Assembly (NCBI GenBank): GCA_964620145.1
Contig: CAZUGR010000002.1
Coordinates: 1-46,441, forward strand
DNA from: an uncultured Candidatus Saccharibacteria bacterium
GTDB taxonomy: Bacteria; Patescibacteriota; Minisyncoccia; Phycocordibacterales; UBA1006
Direction of reading: 5' to 3'
Length of the DNA stretch: 46,441 bases
The notes beneath the pieces were generated by a model, which did not search any database, was not told the DNA's origin, and saw only the letters and a program-made list of their open reading frames with translations. Positions 16,761 through 25,567 of the stretch are shown here, piece after piece. Positions within the stretch are counted from its first letter, which is position 1; every line of letters begins with the position of its first letter. A program made the position numbers and the translations under genes.

Positions 16761-17510
16761 ATGGATAAGGAACTAAAAATTCATCCCGGAGAATTCGACC
16801 TAGAATGCACTACCGTCTGGGCTTTTCCTCGTAGAGGTAATTGGGCAACCCATAAATCTGACTGGCGAGGAAATTGGGCTCCCGAAGTTGTTAGAAATCT
16901 TATTCTTAGATATTCTGAAGAGGGTGATATTTTACTCGATCCAATGATAGGGGGTGGAACTACGGCTATTGAGGCGAAAATTTTAAATAGAAATATTATT
17001 TGCTCTGATGTAAATGAGAAAGCAATTGAAAGAACAAAAGAATCTTTAAAATTCAAAGTTGATAATAAGTCTTGGCAAAAGGTTTTGAAAAGAGATGCAA
17101 GAAATTTAAGTAAAGCAGAGAATGAAAGTATTGATTTTATACTAACTCATCCACCGTATGCTGATATTATTAAGTATAGTGAAGGGAAAATCGAAGAAGA
17201 TCTTTCAAATATTCATAATATTGAGAAATTTGCTGACGAAATGGAAAAAGCAGCAAAAGAATTTTTTCGTGTTTTAAAATCTGGAAAATTTTGTGCCATT
17301 CTTATTGGGGATACTCGAAGAAATAAGATGTATCAACCGCTTGCTTATAAGGTGATGCAAAAATTTTTAGATGTAGGTATTCAGTTAAAAGAGGATATTA
17401 TAAAAAGACAATTTAATTGTAAGGCTACTGGATTTTGGGTAAAAAGATCCCAAGAAAGTAATTTTTTATTAATAATGCATGAGCATTTGTTTATCTTCCA
17501 AAAACCTTAA
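16761..17510 (+). CDS. DNA amino-methyltransferase, circularly permuted beta-class (DpnA-like) core
   Basis: The N-terminal half (TVWAFPRRG...WAPEVVRNLILRYSEEGDILLDPMIGGGTT) resembles the C-terminal half of beta-class MTases. Then come THPPY (aa 129-133) and a terminal HEHLFIFQK. Confidence 0.75.
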   Translation: MDKELKIHPGEFDLECTTVWAFPRRGNWATHKSDWRGNWAPEVVRNLILRYSEEGDILLDPMIGGGTTAIEAKILNRNIICSDVNEKAIERTKESLKFKVDNKSWQKVLKRDARNLSKAENESIDFILTHPPYADIIKYSEGKIEEDLSNIHNIEKFADEMEKAAKEFFRVLKSGKFCAILIGDTRRNKMYQPLAYKVMQKFLDVGIQLKEDIIKRQFNCKATGFWVKRSQESNFLLIMHEHLFIFQKP

Positions 17511-17513
17511 AAA

Positions 17514-17541
17514 ATAAAAAACCACATTCTGTGGTTTTTTA
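17514..17541. terminator. bidirectional terminator
   Basis: AAAAACCAC-ATTCT-GTGGTTTTT. Confidence 0.7.
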
Positions 17542-18996
17542 TTTCACCAAAAACTTATCCATAACACCTCCGTGTTCTTTCAAGTATTTTTTAATATGAG
17601 ATTTTGCAAACGATGTTTTACAGAATTCAATCCATTTACGATTTGGTTTCTGTTTTTCGCTTGTCAACACTTGAATAATATCTCCTTGAATTAATTTTTC
17701 ATGGAGTGGAGACATTTTTCCATTAATAATTGCACCAGTTGCATGGGTTCCAATTTCCGAATGGATGGCATAAGCAAAATCCAGAGCGCTAGCAGATCGA
17801 GGAAGTTCAATTACGTCGCCTTTTGGTGTGTAGACAAACACGCGTTCTTGGAAAAAATCGAGTTTCAAATGATTCAAAAATTCCTCGGGTTTTTCCATTG
17901 TTTTTTGTACCTCGAGTAATTGTTGAGTCCATTCTGTTTTCTGGGAAATTCCACGTTGCTTTTCTTTGTAATTTACATGGGAATAGATACCAAATTCGGC
18001 TTCTTGATGCATTTCATTTGTCCTGATCTGAATCTCTACAACACCTCCAATTCCGTCAAAAATGGTCGTATGGAGCGATTGATAACCGTTTGGTTTTGGC
18101 AGTGCGATATAGTCCTTGAATCGTCCTGGGAGCGGTTTATAGAGCCCGTGAATGATGCCAAGGGCTTGGTAACAATCTGATACGGTAGGAACCAAGATTC
18201 GCAAGGCAAGGATATCGTGAATTTTTGAAATATCGTAATCGTTGTATACCAATTTTTTCCAGAGACTGTACAAGTGTTTTACTCGATAATCAAGTCTCGT
18301 AATGTCTGCTTCGAGGATTTCCAACTCTTCTTTTAATTTTTCTGCAACTTGTATGAGGTGAGGTTCCGAAATATTTTGGAAATCTTTCAAGATATTTTTT
18401 ACTCGATTAAATTCTTCAGGATAAGCAAAAGGGAAGGCAAGGTCTTCTAATTGTGCTTTGATGCGTCCCATACCCAATCGATCGGCAAGTCGTGCATAAA
18501 TTTCCAATGTTTCTATAGCGATACGATGTTGCTTTTCTGATTTTACATATTCAAGTGTTGATATATTATGGAGTCGGTCGGCAAGTTTGATAGCAACTAC
18601 ACGAATGTCATTTGCGCTAGCGATAAAGAATTTCCGTAATGATTCAGCGTGTCGTTCAACTCCTTGGTATTTTAATTTTCCAAGCTTGGTTACTCCAGCA
18701 ACAAGTTGTGCAACATTATCGCCAAATTCTTGGACAAGAAATTGTTCTGTAGTAGATGTATCTTCCAATGTATCGTGGAGTAATCCAGCTGCAATAGTTG
18801 TCGCATCTGCATTCATGTTGCCCAGGATTTTTGAAACCTCAAAAACATGAGTAAAGTAAGGTTCACCACTGTTACGCTTTTGGCTACTGTGTGCCTGTTC
18901 AGCATAGAGAGAAGCTCGTTCAATTAACGATTGCTCTTCTGGTGATAAATGAGGCAAAGTATCGAGTATTTCTTTGATATTTGTTGCTTTGTTCAT
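17539..18996 (-). CDS. rel: bifunctional (p)ppGpp synthetase/hydrolase, short Rel/SpoT homologue
   Basis: HD motif HDTLEDT, synthetase motif GYQSLHTTI, and TGS domain VFVYTPKGDVIELPRSASALDFAYAIH. At 485 aa it has no ACT region. Confidence 0.9.
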   Translation of the reverse strand: MNKATNIKEILDTLPHLSPEEQSLIERASLYAEQAHSSQKRNSGEPYFTHVFEVSKILGNMNADATTIAAGLLHDTLEDTSTTEQFLVQEFGDNVAQLVAGVTKLGKLKYQGVERHAESLRKFFIASANDIRVVAIKLADRLHNISTLEYVKSEKQHRIAIETLEIYARLADRLGMGRIKAQLEDLAFPFAYPEEFNRVKNILKDFQNISEPHLIQVAEKLKEELEILEADITRLDYRVKHLYSLWKKLVYNDYDISKIHDILALRILVPTVSDCYQALGIIHGLYKPLPGRFKDYIALPKPNGYQSLHTTIFDGIGGVVEIQIRTNEMHQEAEFGIYSHVNYKEKQRGISQKTEWTQQLLEVQKTMEKPEEFLNHLKLDFFQERVFVYTPKGDVIELPRSASALDFAYAIHSEIGTHATGAIINGKMSPLHEKLIQGDIIQVLTSEKQKPNRKWIEFCKTSFAKSHIKKYLKEHGGVMDKFLVK

Positions 18997-19021
18997 TATT
19001 TAATAGTGTATGCTTTTTCTG

Positions 19022-19056
19022 TAAAAAAACAACACCTTGGTTATGGTGTTGTTTTT
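19022..19056 (-). terminator. rho-independent terminator overlapping the 3' end of the anti-sigma-like gene
   Basis: AAAAACAACACC...GGTGTTGTTTTT. A T7 run follows on the minus strand. Confidence 0.7.
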
Positions 19057-20303
19057 AATTCTTTTTGAATATCTAATTTCTGAAGAGTAGTTTCTTGGTT
19101 GTTTTGAATTGTTTCAACTGGTGGAATTTCTTTGGTTTCTTGCGGTAGTTTTTTAACTGGTTCCGTTGGAGTTATTTTTTCAGGAACTTTGATATTGTAT
19201 TTTTTTTCACTTGCTTTTATTTTTTCTCGATCAGAAATGTGTTGAATAATTTTATCAGTGATGATAATTATTTTTCCATATGATTTTTCTTGATATGCAA
19301 TTTCTAGTTCTGTAATGAGATTTTTAATAACATCATCAGGATTTTGTTCTGATGAATTATTTTCTAACGGAATAGCTCTTGCGAGAGTTAAATTCGCTAC
19401 ATCTCCTTCAGTAGCTGCAGGAATTATTGGATTAGTAGACTCAGAGGTAATTATTTTCTCTGTATTTTCTTGTGATACAGTAGCAAGAGATAAAATATTA
19501 GTATCCACATTTTCGCTCTGTATTGCAGATATTGATTCAGGTGTTTCAGTGTTTTGTTTTTCTTGATTTAGTTTTTCCAAGAATTGTTGAGCTTCTTGAT
19601 ATTTCTTTTCTGCAAGTTCTATTGTTACCTCATCAATATCTGCTAGAACAATTGTTTCAAGTTTTTTGGTTTCATTTGAAATAATATCTGCAGTTTGGTG
19701 AGCTGCTAGTACAAGTTTTGTTGGTGTGTGAATACTTGCAAGTGTTTCAGAATTTGGTTGTTGGTCAGAGATGGCAAGGAGAATCGAACTTCCTGTCTTG
19801 AGGATACTTGAAAGTTCATTAGTATATACAAGTGCCGTTGCTGGATTTTTTTCTGCGATAATATTGGTTTGACTCTTGATATCATTAGTGTGTTGTGAAA
19901 TTGCTTGAGCAAGGATTTGTTCAGATTCACGAGTCATTTTCTTTTGAGTGATGAGCGTGTTTGCTTCGTTGAATCGTTTTTCAAGTAAATCAAGGTCATA
20001 AGCAACTTTATTTTGAGGGTTTTTCAAGGTAAGTGTTTTTACGGATTCTGTCGATCGTTTAATTGGGTAGAGAAAATTTCCTGGAAGAGAACCTTGAGAT
20101 GCAGAAGCAAGAATTCCACCAGTACTAATTACAAGTAAAAATGAAAATGCAAGCACGCTAAATCTGCGTACCATTACATACGAAGGAGTTTTTTTCTTAT
20201 GAATATAATTTGCAATATTTTTTCGCATCACAGACTTTTCTGATTCTGTGAGGTGTAAATCTTTTAATGCAGAGAATATTTTTTCAAATGGTGTTTTATT
20301 CAT
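19041..20303 (-). CDS. membrane-anchored putative anti-sigma factor (DUF5667-like)
   Basis: Single TM helix (FSVLAFSFLLVISTGGILA) followed by PGNFLYPIKRSTE. ATG 20303 overlaps the sigma-factor stop by 8 nt (ATGAATAA). Confidence 0.5.
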   Translation of the reverse strand: MNKTPFEKIFSALKDLHLTESEKSVMRKNIANYIHKKKTPSYVMVRRFSVLAFSFLLVISTGGILASASQGSLPGNFLYPIKRSTESVKTLTLKNPQNKVAYDLDLLEKRFNEANTLITQKKMTRESEQILAQAISQHTNDIKSQTNIIAEKNPATALVYTNELSSILKTGSSILLAISDQQPNSETLASIHTPTKLVLAAHQTADIISNETKKLETIVLADIDEVTIELAEKKYQEAQQFLEKLNQEKQNTETPESISAIQSENVDTNILSLATVSQENTEKIITSESTNPIIPAATEGDVANLTLARAIPLENNSSEQNPDDVIKNLITELEIAYQEKSYGKIIIITDKIIQHISDREKIKASEKKYNIKVPEKITPTEPVKKLPQETKEIPPVETIQNNQETTLQKLDIQKELKTTP

Positions 20304-20850
20304 ACAAGTGAGAAAGTTTCTTGCGAGCATGTTCCAATGCTCTATGGATTCGTACAGAAGCAGCGTTTTCGGAGATTTGGTACATCTCGGCTATTTCTTT
20401 AACAGGTAGGTCATGAACATGCCTGAGAATAATAATTTCTCTGTATTGCTCATCGAGTAATTCCAAGTGTTCGGAAATGGTTGTAATATCATGTCGTTGC
20501 TCAGGAGATAGATTGTTATCTGTGAACGCAATTGGTTCAATAGTTGAAGTTGATTCATTTTCTGTAAAAGTTGCTGCTAATGAAGAAAAAGGAATTGCAG
20601 ATTTTTTACGAGTACTATCAATGAGTGTATTGCGTGCAATTTTGAACAAAAGTGCGCGCAAGTTTTGGACTTGAGACATTTTTTCTGGATTTTTTACAAA
20701 CTCATTCCATATTTTATAAAATGTATCTTGGGTAACGTCAAGTGCTTGTTCTCGGGCACGCAAGCGAATATAAGAAAACCGAAAAACATCATCAGAGTAT
20801 TGATTATAGAGATCCATGAATATTTTTTCGTAATGTTCAGTTCGGTTCAT
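20296..20850 (-). CDS. ECF-type RNA polymerase sigma factor
   Basis: Region 2 DVTQDTFYKIW and region 4 HTH VKEIAEMYQISENAASVRIHRA. 184 aa. Confidence 0.85.
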   Translation of the reverse strand: MNRTEHYEKIFMDLYNQYSDDVFRFSYIRLRAREQALDVTQDTFYKIWNEFVKNPEKMSQVQNLRALLFKIARNTLIDSTRKKSAIPFSSLAATFTENESTSTIEPIAFTDNNLSPEQRHDITTISEHLELLDEQYREIIILRHVHDLPVKEIAEMYQISENAASVRIHRALEHARKKLSHLYE

Positions 20851-20999
20851 AAATAAAGACGATTGAAAGAGGGGAATCTTACAGAGATTTCCATTTCTTG
20901 TAATATTATTTCGTTAGCAATATTATAACATACTTTTTTGTTTTTTGAATATTTTCTCGAGTATTTCTTGTGGATAATTTTATGCTACAATAATAGTAT

Positions 21000-22202
21000 A
21001 TGTTTCAAACAAAAAAAATAATTATAGTAGGAGGTGGTTTTGCAGGAGTGCAAACTGCATTAGAACTATCAAGAAAAAATAAATCAAAACACTTGGAAAT
21101 AGTATTAATTTCTGATAATGAATATTTTGAATATCGTCCGTCACTTCATGGATTTTTATCAAAAAAAGGTCCTGCAAAGTTTCATCGATTATTATTGTCT
21201 GAAATTTTTAAAAATAGTCGAGTGCAAATTATCATAGATAAAGTTATCGAATGTGACTTATCAAATAAAACAATCACTACAAAAACAGGAATGATCTTGA
21301 GTAGTGATTATCTTGTTCTTGCATTGGGATCTGAGCCAGCATATTTTGGTATTGAAGGATTGCAAGATACTTCATTTCCATTTCAAACTGTTGCTGATGC
21401 GCAAAAGTTACGAACACATATTCTTGATATATTTGAAACACATTGTACCGAAGAAAAAATATCTGTTGATTGTGTTGCTGGATTACACTTCATAGTAGTT
21501 GGTGCTGGACCGAACGGTGTAGATCTTGCTGGAGAATTAACTGATTTCTCTCGATCACTTGCACGAGAAAAAGGTTTTCCAGAGTCATTTGTTGCTGTTG
21601 ATTTGGTAGAAGGTGCACCTACAGTGCTCCCTATGATGTCTGAACAAGTTCAAAAAAAAGTTACTCAAAGATTGTATAAGTTAGGAGTAAATCTCCTCTG
21701 TAATCGTCAATTGTTAAAACAGGATGAATTAGGAATTGAACTTGTTGATATGAAAGTCGGAACAAAAACAGTAATTTGGACAGCAGGTTCAACAGGGAAT
21801 AATCTCACTACAAAAATTTCCAATATCACGCTTCAGAAAAAAAATCGAATTTCTGTGAATGAATATCTTGAAATTGAAGAATTTCCTAATTGTTTTGTTG
21901 TTGGGGATATTGCTGATACGGAATTTTCTGGGCTTGCGCAAACTGCAATTCATAATGGATTGTATGTTGCAAAAATTATTAATAACAAAATTCAAGAGAA
22001 AGCACTTGCTCCATATCAATCAAAACCAGTTGCGTATAATATCGGCGTTGGGCATGGGTGGTCGGTTATGCAAATTGGAAATATTGTTGTTTCTGGAAAA
22101 ATTGCATCATGGGTACGAAGTTTAATTAATATGAAATATTTCTTTTCAATTTTACCGATGCGAAAAGTTTTTCAATTATTTTTCCATACAAAAAACCATT
22201 AA
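21000..22202 (+). CDS. ndh: type II NADH dehydrogenase / FAD-dependent pyridine nucleotide-disulfide oxidoreductase
   Basis: Two Rossmann motifs: IIIVGGGFAGV and FIVVGAGPNGVDLAGEL. Confidence 0.8.
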   Translation: MFQTKKIIIVGGGFAGVQTALELSRKNKSKHLEIVLISDNEYFEYRPSLHGFLSKKGPAKFHRLLLSEIFKNSRVQIIIDKVIECDLSNKTITTKTGMILSSDYLVLALGSEPAYFGIEGLQDTSFPFQTVADAQKLRTHILDIFETHCTEEKISVDCVAGLHFIVVGAGPNGVDLAGELTDFSRSLAREKGFPESFVAVDLVEGAPTVLPMMSEQVQKKVTQRLYKLGVNLLCNRQLLKQDELGIELVDMKVGTKTVIWTAGSTGNNLTTKISNITLQKKNRISVNEYLEIEEFPNCFVVGDIADTEFSGLAQTAIHNGLYVAKIINNKIQEKALAPYQSKPVAYNIGVGHGWSVMQIGNIVVSGKIASWVRSLINMKYFFSILPMRKVFQLFFHTKNH

Positions 22203-22207
22203 TTGCA

Positions 22208-22828
22208 TTAATGGTTTTTTTCTTTTGAAATTTTCTGTAAAATTTTTGGAATTTTTGCAAAATCTTTCATTAAATTTTCACGCATACCACCATTATATAA
22301 CGCTGCGGCAGGATGATAGAGCGGAAGGAAATGATGAACAGGAAAATTCGGAAATATATGATGAATATATTCACCATGCATTTCTCCGATTTTTAGATGG
22401 GGGAACCAGTGATTCATCGAATGTCGTCCGAGAAATATGATGAGTTTCGGCTGGATCAATTCCAATTCTGCACGGAGCCAGTCCGCACATTGTTCTTTTT
22501 CCTTTTGGTCAGGATCACGGTTATTTGGCGGGCGATATTTTACAATATTAGTAATATAAATATCTTCTCGCTTCATTTTTATACTTTCGAGCATTTCATT
22601 TAAAAATTTCCCAGCTGTACCAATGAAGGAGATTCCTGCCTCGTCTTCTCTTTTACCGGGAGCTTCACCAATGAATACTATTTCTGCATCAGGGTTTCCG
22701 TTTCCGAATACTGGACGAGTTGCGATATCTTTCAATGTACAGGTACAATCATGATGAAATTGTTCGTGGAGTTTTCGAAGTTGTTTCGATCGGTTCATGT
22801 CCATCAGTATAGCACAAAAAAGAGTCAT
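22208..22828 (-). CDS. udg: family 4 uracil-DNA glycosylase
   Basis: GEAPGKREDEAGISFIGTAGKFL and HPAAALYN. Confidence 0.85.
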   Translation of the reverse strand: MTLFCAILMDMNRSKQLRKLHEQFHHDCTCTLKDIATRPVFGNGNPDAEIVFIGEAPGKREDEAGISFIGTAGKFLNEMLESIKMKREDIYITNIVKYRPPNNRDPDQKEKEQCADWLRAELELIQPKLIIFLGRHSMNHWFPHLKIGEMHGEYIHHIFPNFPVHHFLPLYHPAAALYNGGMRENLMKDFAKIPKILQKISKEKNH

Positions 22829-23115
22829 GGAGACTCTTTTGGTTTTTTATTAGCATCGTTGTACCTTTTTCTACTTGGACTTTCATCAGGTACCTTTTTT
22901 AAAAAGTCCGGAATAAATCTCAAGATGCTTTCTCCGATTTTGTCCAAAAAACCATCCGTAGGCAATTCTTGTTGCGTGGGTTCTTCTTTCGTTTGAGCAG
23001 GAGAGCTTTTATAGCGTAATTGAATGCCGTTGAATCTCTCTGGCTCTTTGAGGAGGTACTGTTTACAATCTTCATATAATTTATGAAAACTGCAAGGTTC
23101 TTTATTTTCTTTCAT
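22825..23115 (-). CDS. hypothetical 96-aa protein, translationally coupled to udg
   Basis: Its TGA stop overlaps the udg ATG (ATGA at 22825-22828). No family recognised. Confidence 0.45.
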   Translation of the reverse strand: MKENKEPCSFHKLYEDCKQYLLKEPERFNGIQLRYKSSPAQTKEEPTQQELPTDGFLDKIGESILRFIPDFLKKVPDESPSRKRYNDANKKPKESP

Positions 23116-23200
23116 ATTTGCTTGTTTTTGTTTATACTATAACATTTACGAGAAAAGTCAAGTTATCAATAGTATTATTATATGATATTATAGAGAGTAT

Positions 23201-23437
23201 ATGTTTAAAAAATTTGTACTCAAAAAATTACTCGGATCAAAATTGAAAGATGCTGGAGTGTCCGATGATCAGCTTGATATGATTCTCGAGATGGTGGAGA
23301 AAAATCCAGATTTCTTTAAAAAGATTCAAAATGAGGTAGAAGCTAAGAAAAAACAAGGAATCAGTGAGCAAGCTGCCATGATGACCGTAATGCGTGAACA
23401 TCAGGCAGAATTGCAGAAAATTATGACGAGTAAATAG
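23201..23437 (+). CDS. hypothetical 78-aa helical protein
   Basis: TGaTATTAT at 23183-23191 lies 9 nt upstream of the ATG, and a terminator follows. Confidence 0.5.
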   Translation: MFKKFVLKKLLGSKLKDAGVSDDQLDMILEMVEKNPDFFKKIQNEVEAKKKQGISEQAAMMTVMREHQAELQKIMTSK

Positions 23438-23446
23438 TAAATATAA

Positions 23447-23471
23447 AAAAGCCACTCACAGAGTGGCTTTT
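23447..23471. terminator. bidirectional rho-independent terminator
   Basis: AAAAGCCACTC-ACA-GAGTGGCTTTT. Confidence 0.75.
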
Positions 23472-23487
23472 CAGTTTTAACTGAAAA
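23468..23487. repeat. palindrome TTTTCAGTT-TT-AACTGAAAA, copy 2 of 2
   Basis: Same core and same context as 11866-11884: terminator, then palindrome, then the stop of a minus-strand hypothetical gene. Confidence 0.6.
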
Positions 23488-23489
23488 TT

Positions 23490-23795
23490 TTACAGAGCCT
23501 TAGTCCATCCGGACTTGTTTCTCGCATCGAAGTATCCTTCATATTTTGCGGATATACGATTTGAAAGTCCAGTTGGGCTTTTTGCATGAGTCATGGTGGC
23601 AGTAAACAAAAATGTTTGCCCGCTCCCATCTTCTCGTTTCAGACTTTCAATCCTGAGCTGGTACTCATAATTGTTTGAACCTTTTACAGAAAAGTTGTTT
23701 AACCCGTCTGCAAATTTTGTTAGTAAACTCATTCTGTCCTCAGTTACTGTAGAGAAATAAATGGATTTTGCTTCGATGATTTTGATTGTTGCCAT
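23490..23795 (-). CDS. hypothetical 101-aa protein
   Basis: Clean ORF between a terminator and an AT-rich promoter region. No family recognised. Confidence 0.5.
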   Translation of the reverse strand: MATIKIIEAKSIYFSTVTEDRMSLLTKFADGLNNFSVKGSNNYEYQLRIESLKREDGSGQTFLFTATMTHAKSPTGLSNRISAKYEGYFDARNKSGWTKAL

Positions 23796-23913
23796 TTTGT
23801 ATTTTTTTAAATTGTGATTTGATTGATATTATAATATCATAATTATAATAAAAAGTCAAGTATTTATCAAAAACCTTTATTTTTCCTTAATAATTTGCTA
23901 CAGTACTTTTTAT

Positions 23914-25023
23914 ATGTCACTCTCAATTGGAATTGTTGGACTTCCTAATGTTGGAAAGTCTACATTATTTAACGCACTTACAAAAAAATGTGTACCAGCA
24001 GAAAATTATCCATTTTGTACTATCGATCCATCGGTTGGTATTGTTTCTGTTCCTGATGAACGATTATATGCACTCGCTGCTTTTTCAAACACTCAAAAAA
24101 CAATTCCCGCAGCCATTGAATTCGTAGATATTGCAGGATTGGTAGCAGGAGCGAGTAAAGGTGAAGGGCTTGGAAATAAATTTCTTGCGCATATCCGTGA
24201 AGTAGATGCAATCTTGGAAATGGTGCGAATCTTTGCAGTTGCTGATGGAAAAGAATCAATTAATCATGTGTACGGAGAAATTGATCCATTGCGAGATATT
24301 AAGGTAATTAATATGGAATTGATTTTGGCAGATTTGGAAACCGTGGAAAAACGAATCAGTAATTTACAACGTGATGTAAAGCGAGGTGATAAAGTTGCGA
24401 TTTTTGAAGAGTCAGTTGCTCAAAAATTCCTTGCAGCATTGTCTGCAGAAAAAATGGCAAATACAGTTGTGTTAACTGATGAGGAACAAAAAATTGCCAA
24501 GCAATTGAATTTACTTACCTTGAAAAAGTTTATTTATGGATTGAATAAACGAACAGGAGGAAAAAATCTCGATGAAACTGATCCAGAAAAATTTGCACAA
24601 ATTTGTAAGGAAATCGAAAGTTACGGATCAGAATGGGTGATACTGGATGCGAAAATTGAGCAAGAGCTTTCTGAGTTCGAAGGAGAAGATAAAGATATCA
24701 TGCGTGCAGAGATTGGTCATCATGATGATGGTGTGGATACGCTCATTAAAAAATCATACAAACTCCTTGGGCTTGCAACATATTTTACAACAGGTGAAAA
24801 AGAAACTCGCGCATGGACGATCAAGGAAAATTCTACTGCACCTGTTGCAGGTATGGCAATTCATACCGATTTCAAAGACAAATTCATCCGAGCCGAAGTA
24901 ATTTTCTGGAAGGACTTACTGGGTGCAGGATCGTTCGTTGAAGCAAAAGCAAAGGGGTTATTACGAACAGAAGGGAAGGAGTACATAGTCAAAGATGGAG
25001 ATGTAATGGAATTTAGGATATAA
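23914..25023 (+). CDS. ychF: ribosome-binding ATPase YchF
   Basis: GIVGLPNVGKSTLFNALT, DIAGLV, and a C-terminal TGS-like KEYIVKDGDVMEFR. Confidence 0.95.
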   Translation: MSLSIGIVGLPNVGKSTLFNALTKKCVPAENYPFCTIDPSVGIVSVPDERLYALAAFSNTQKTIPAAIEFVDIAGLVAGASKGEGLGNKFLAHIREVDAILEMVRIFAVADGKESINHVYGEIDPLRDIKVINMELILADLETVEKRISNLQRDVKRGDKVAIFEESVAQKFLAALSAEKMANTVVLTDEEQKIAKQLNLLTLKKFIYGLNKRTGGKNLDETDPEKFAQICKEIESYGSEWVILDAKIEQELSEFEGEDKDIMRAEIGHHDDGVDTLIKKSYKLLGLATYFTTGEKETRAWTIKENSTAPVAGMAIHTDFKDKFIRAEVIFWKDLLGAGSFVEAKAKGLLRTEGKEYIVKDGDVMEFRI

Positions 25024-25063
25024 CACCTTTACGTAAGAGGTTTTTCTTCATCTTTGGAATACA

Positions 25064-25092
25064 TTGACAAAATATATCAAATGTGCTATCAT
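25064..25092 (+). promoter_or_regulatory. canonical promoter TTGACA-17-(TGc)TATCAT
   Basis: TTGACA at 25064-25069 and TATCAT at 25087-25092. The track ORF's TTG start is this -35 box. Confidence 0.65.
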
Positions 25093-25114
25093 ACAGGTAA
25101 TAAAAATTTTAAAT

Positions 25115-25531
25115 ATGAACAATAAAAAATCAGTGGCAAGAAAATTAGTACTTTCGTTGCCAAAAAATAATGAAAAATGCGAGGTAGAGAAAACCTTGCA
25201 TAAATTTGTAAGAGGATTCGAATATCTCTTACAGATTCATCCGAAACCTGCCAACGCATTTAGGGTAGGAGCCCAGTTTTCTCTGGGGATTCCTCTTGAG
25301 GAATTAAATAATAATTATTTTGAACAAATGAACGTTTTCATCCAGAAGTTTATTAAAGCGTATGGATTAAAGTTAGATGAAGACAATCTGGGTTGGAATG
25401 TTATCATGACAGGATCTCCTATTGAAAAGGATGGGAAGTATTTTGTTGGTATTATTTCAACCACGTTCGACAGTGCAGCACTCGCTGTACTGAAATCTGC
25501 CTTCCAGCAGATGGAGTCAGAGATGCTCTAA
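25115..25531 (+). CDS. hypothetical 138-aa protein
   Basis: ATG 25115 lies downstream of the promoter above (MNNKKSVARK...). No family recognised. Confidence 0.5.
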   Translation: MNNKKSVARKLVLSLPKNNEKCEVEKTLHKFVRGFEYLLQIHPKPANAFRVGAQFSLGIPLEELNNNYFEQMNVFIQKFIKAYGLKLDEDNLGWNVIMTGSPIEKDGKYFVGIISTTFDSAALAVLKSAFQQMESEML

Positions 25532-25535
25532 TAAT

Positions 25536-25566
25536 AAAAGCCTTGCACTGTGGTGCAAGGCTTTTC
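25536..25566. terminator. bidirectional rho-independent terminator
   Basis: AAAAGCCTTGCAC-TGTG-GTGCAAGGCTTTT, 13 bp. Confidence 0.8.
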
Positions 25567-25567
25567 T

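Noticed and set aside
20969-20977. Perfect DnaA boxes (TGTGGATAA) at 20969-20977 and 44518-44526 as a sign of a replication origin
   Set aside because: There are only two isolated copies 23 kb apart. There is no cluster, no dnaA or dnaN nearby, and no AT-rich unwinding element arrangement.
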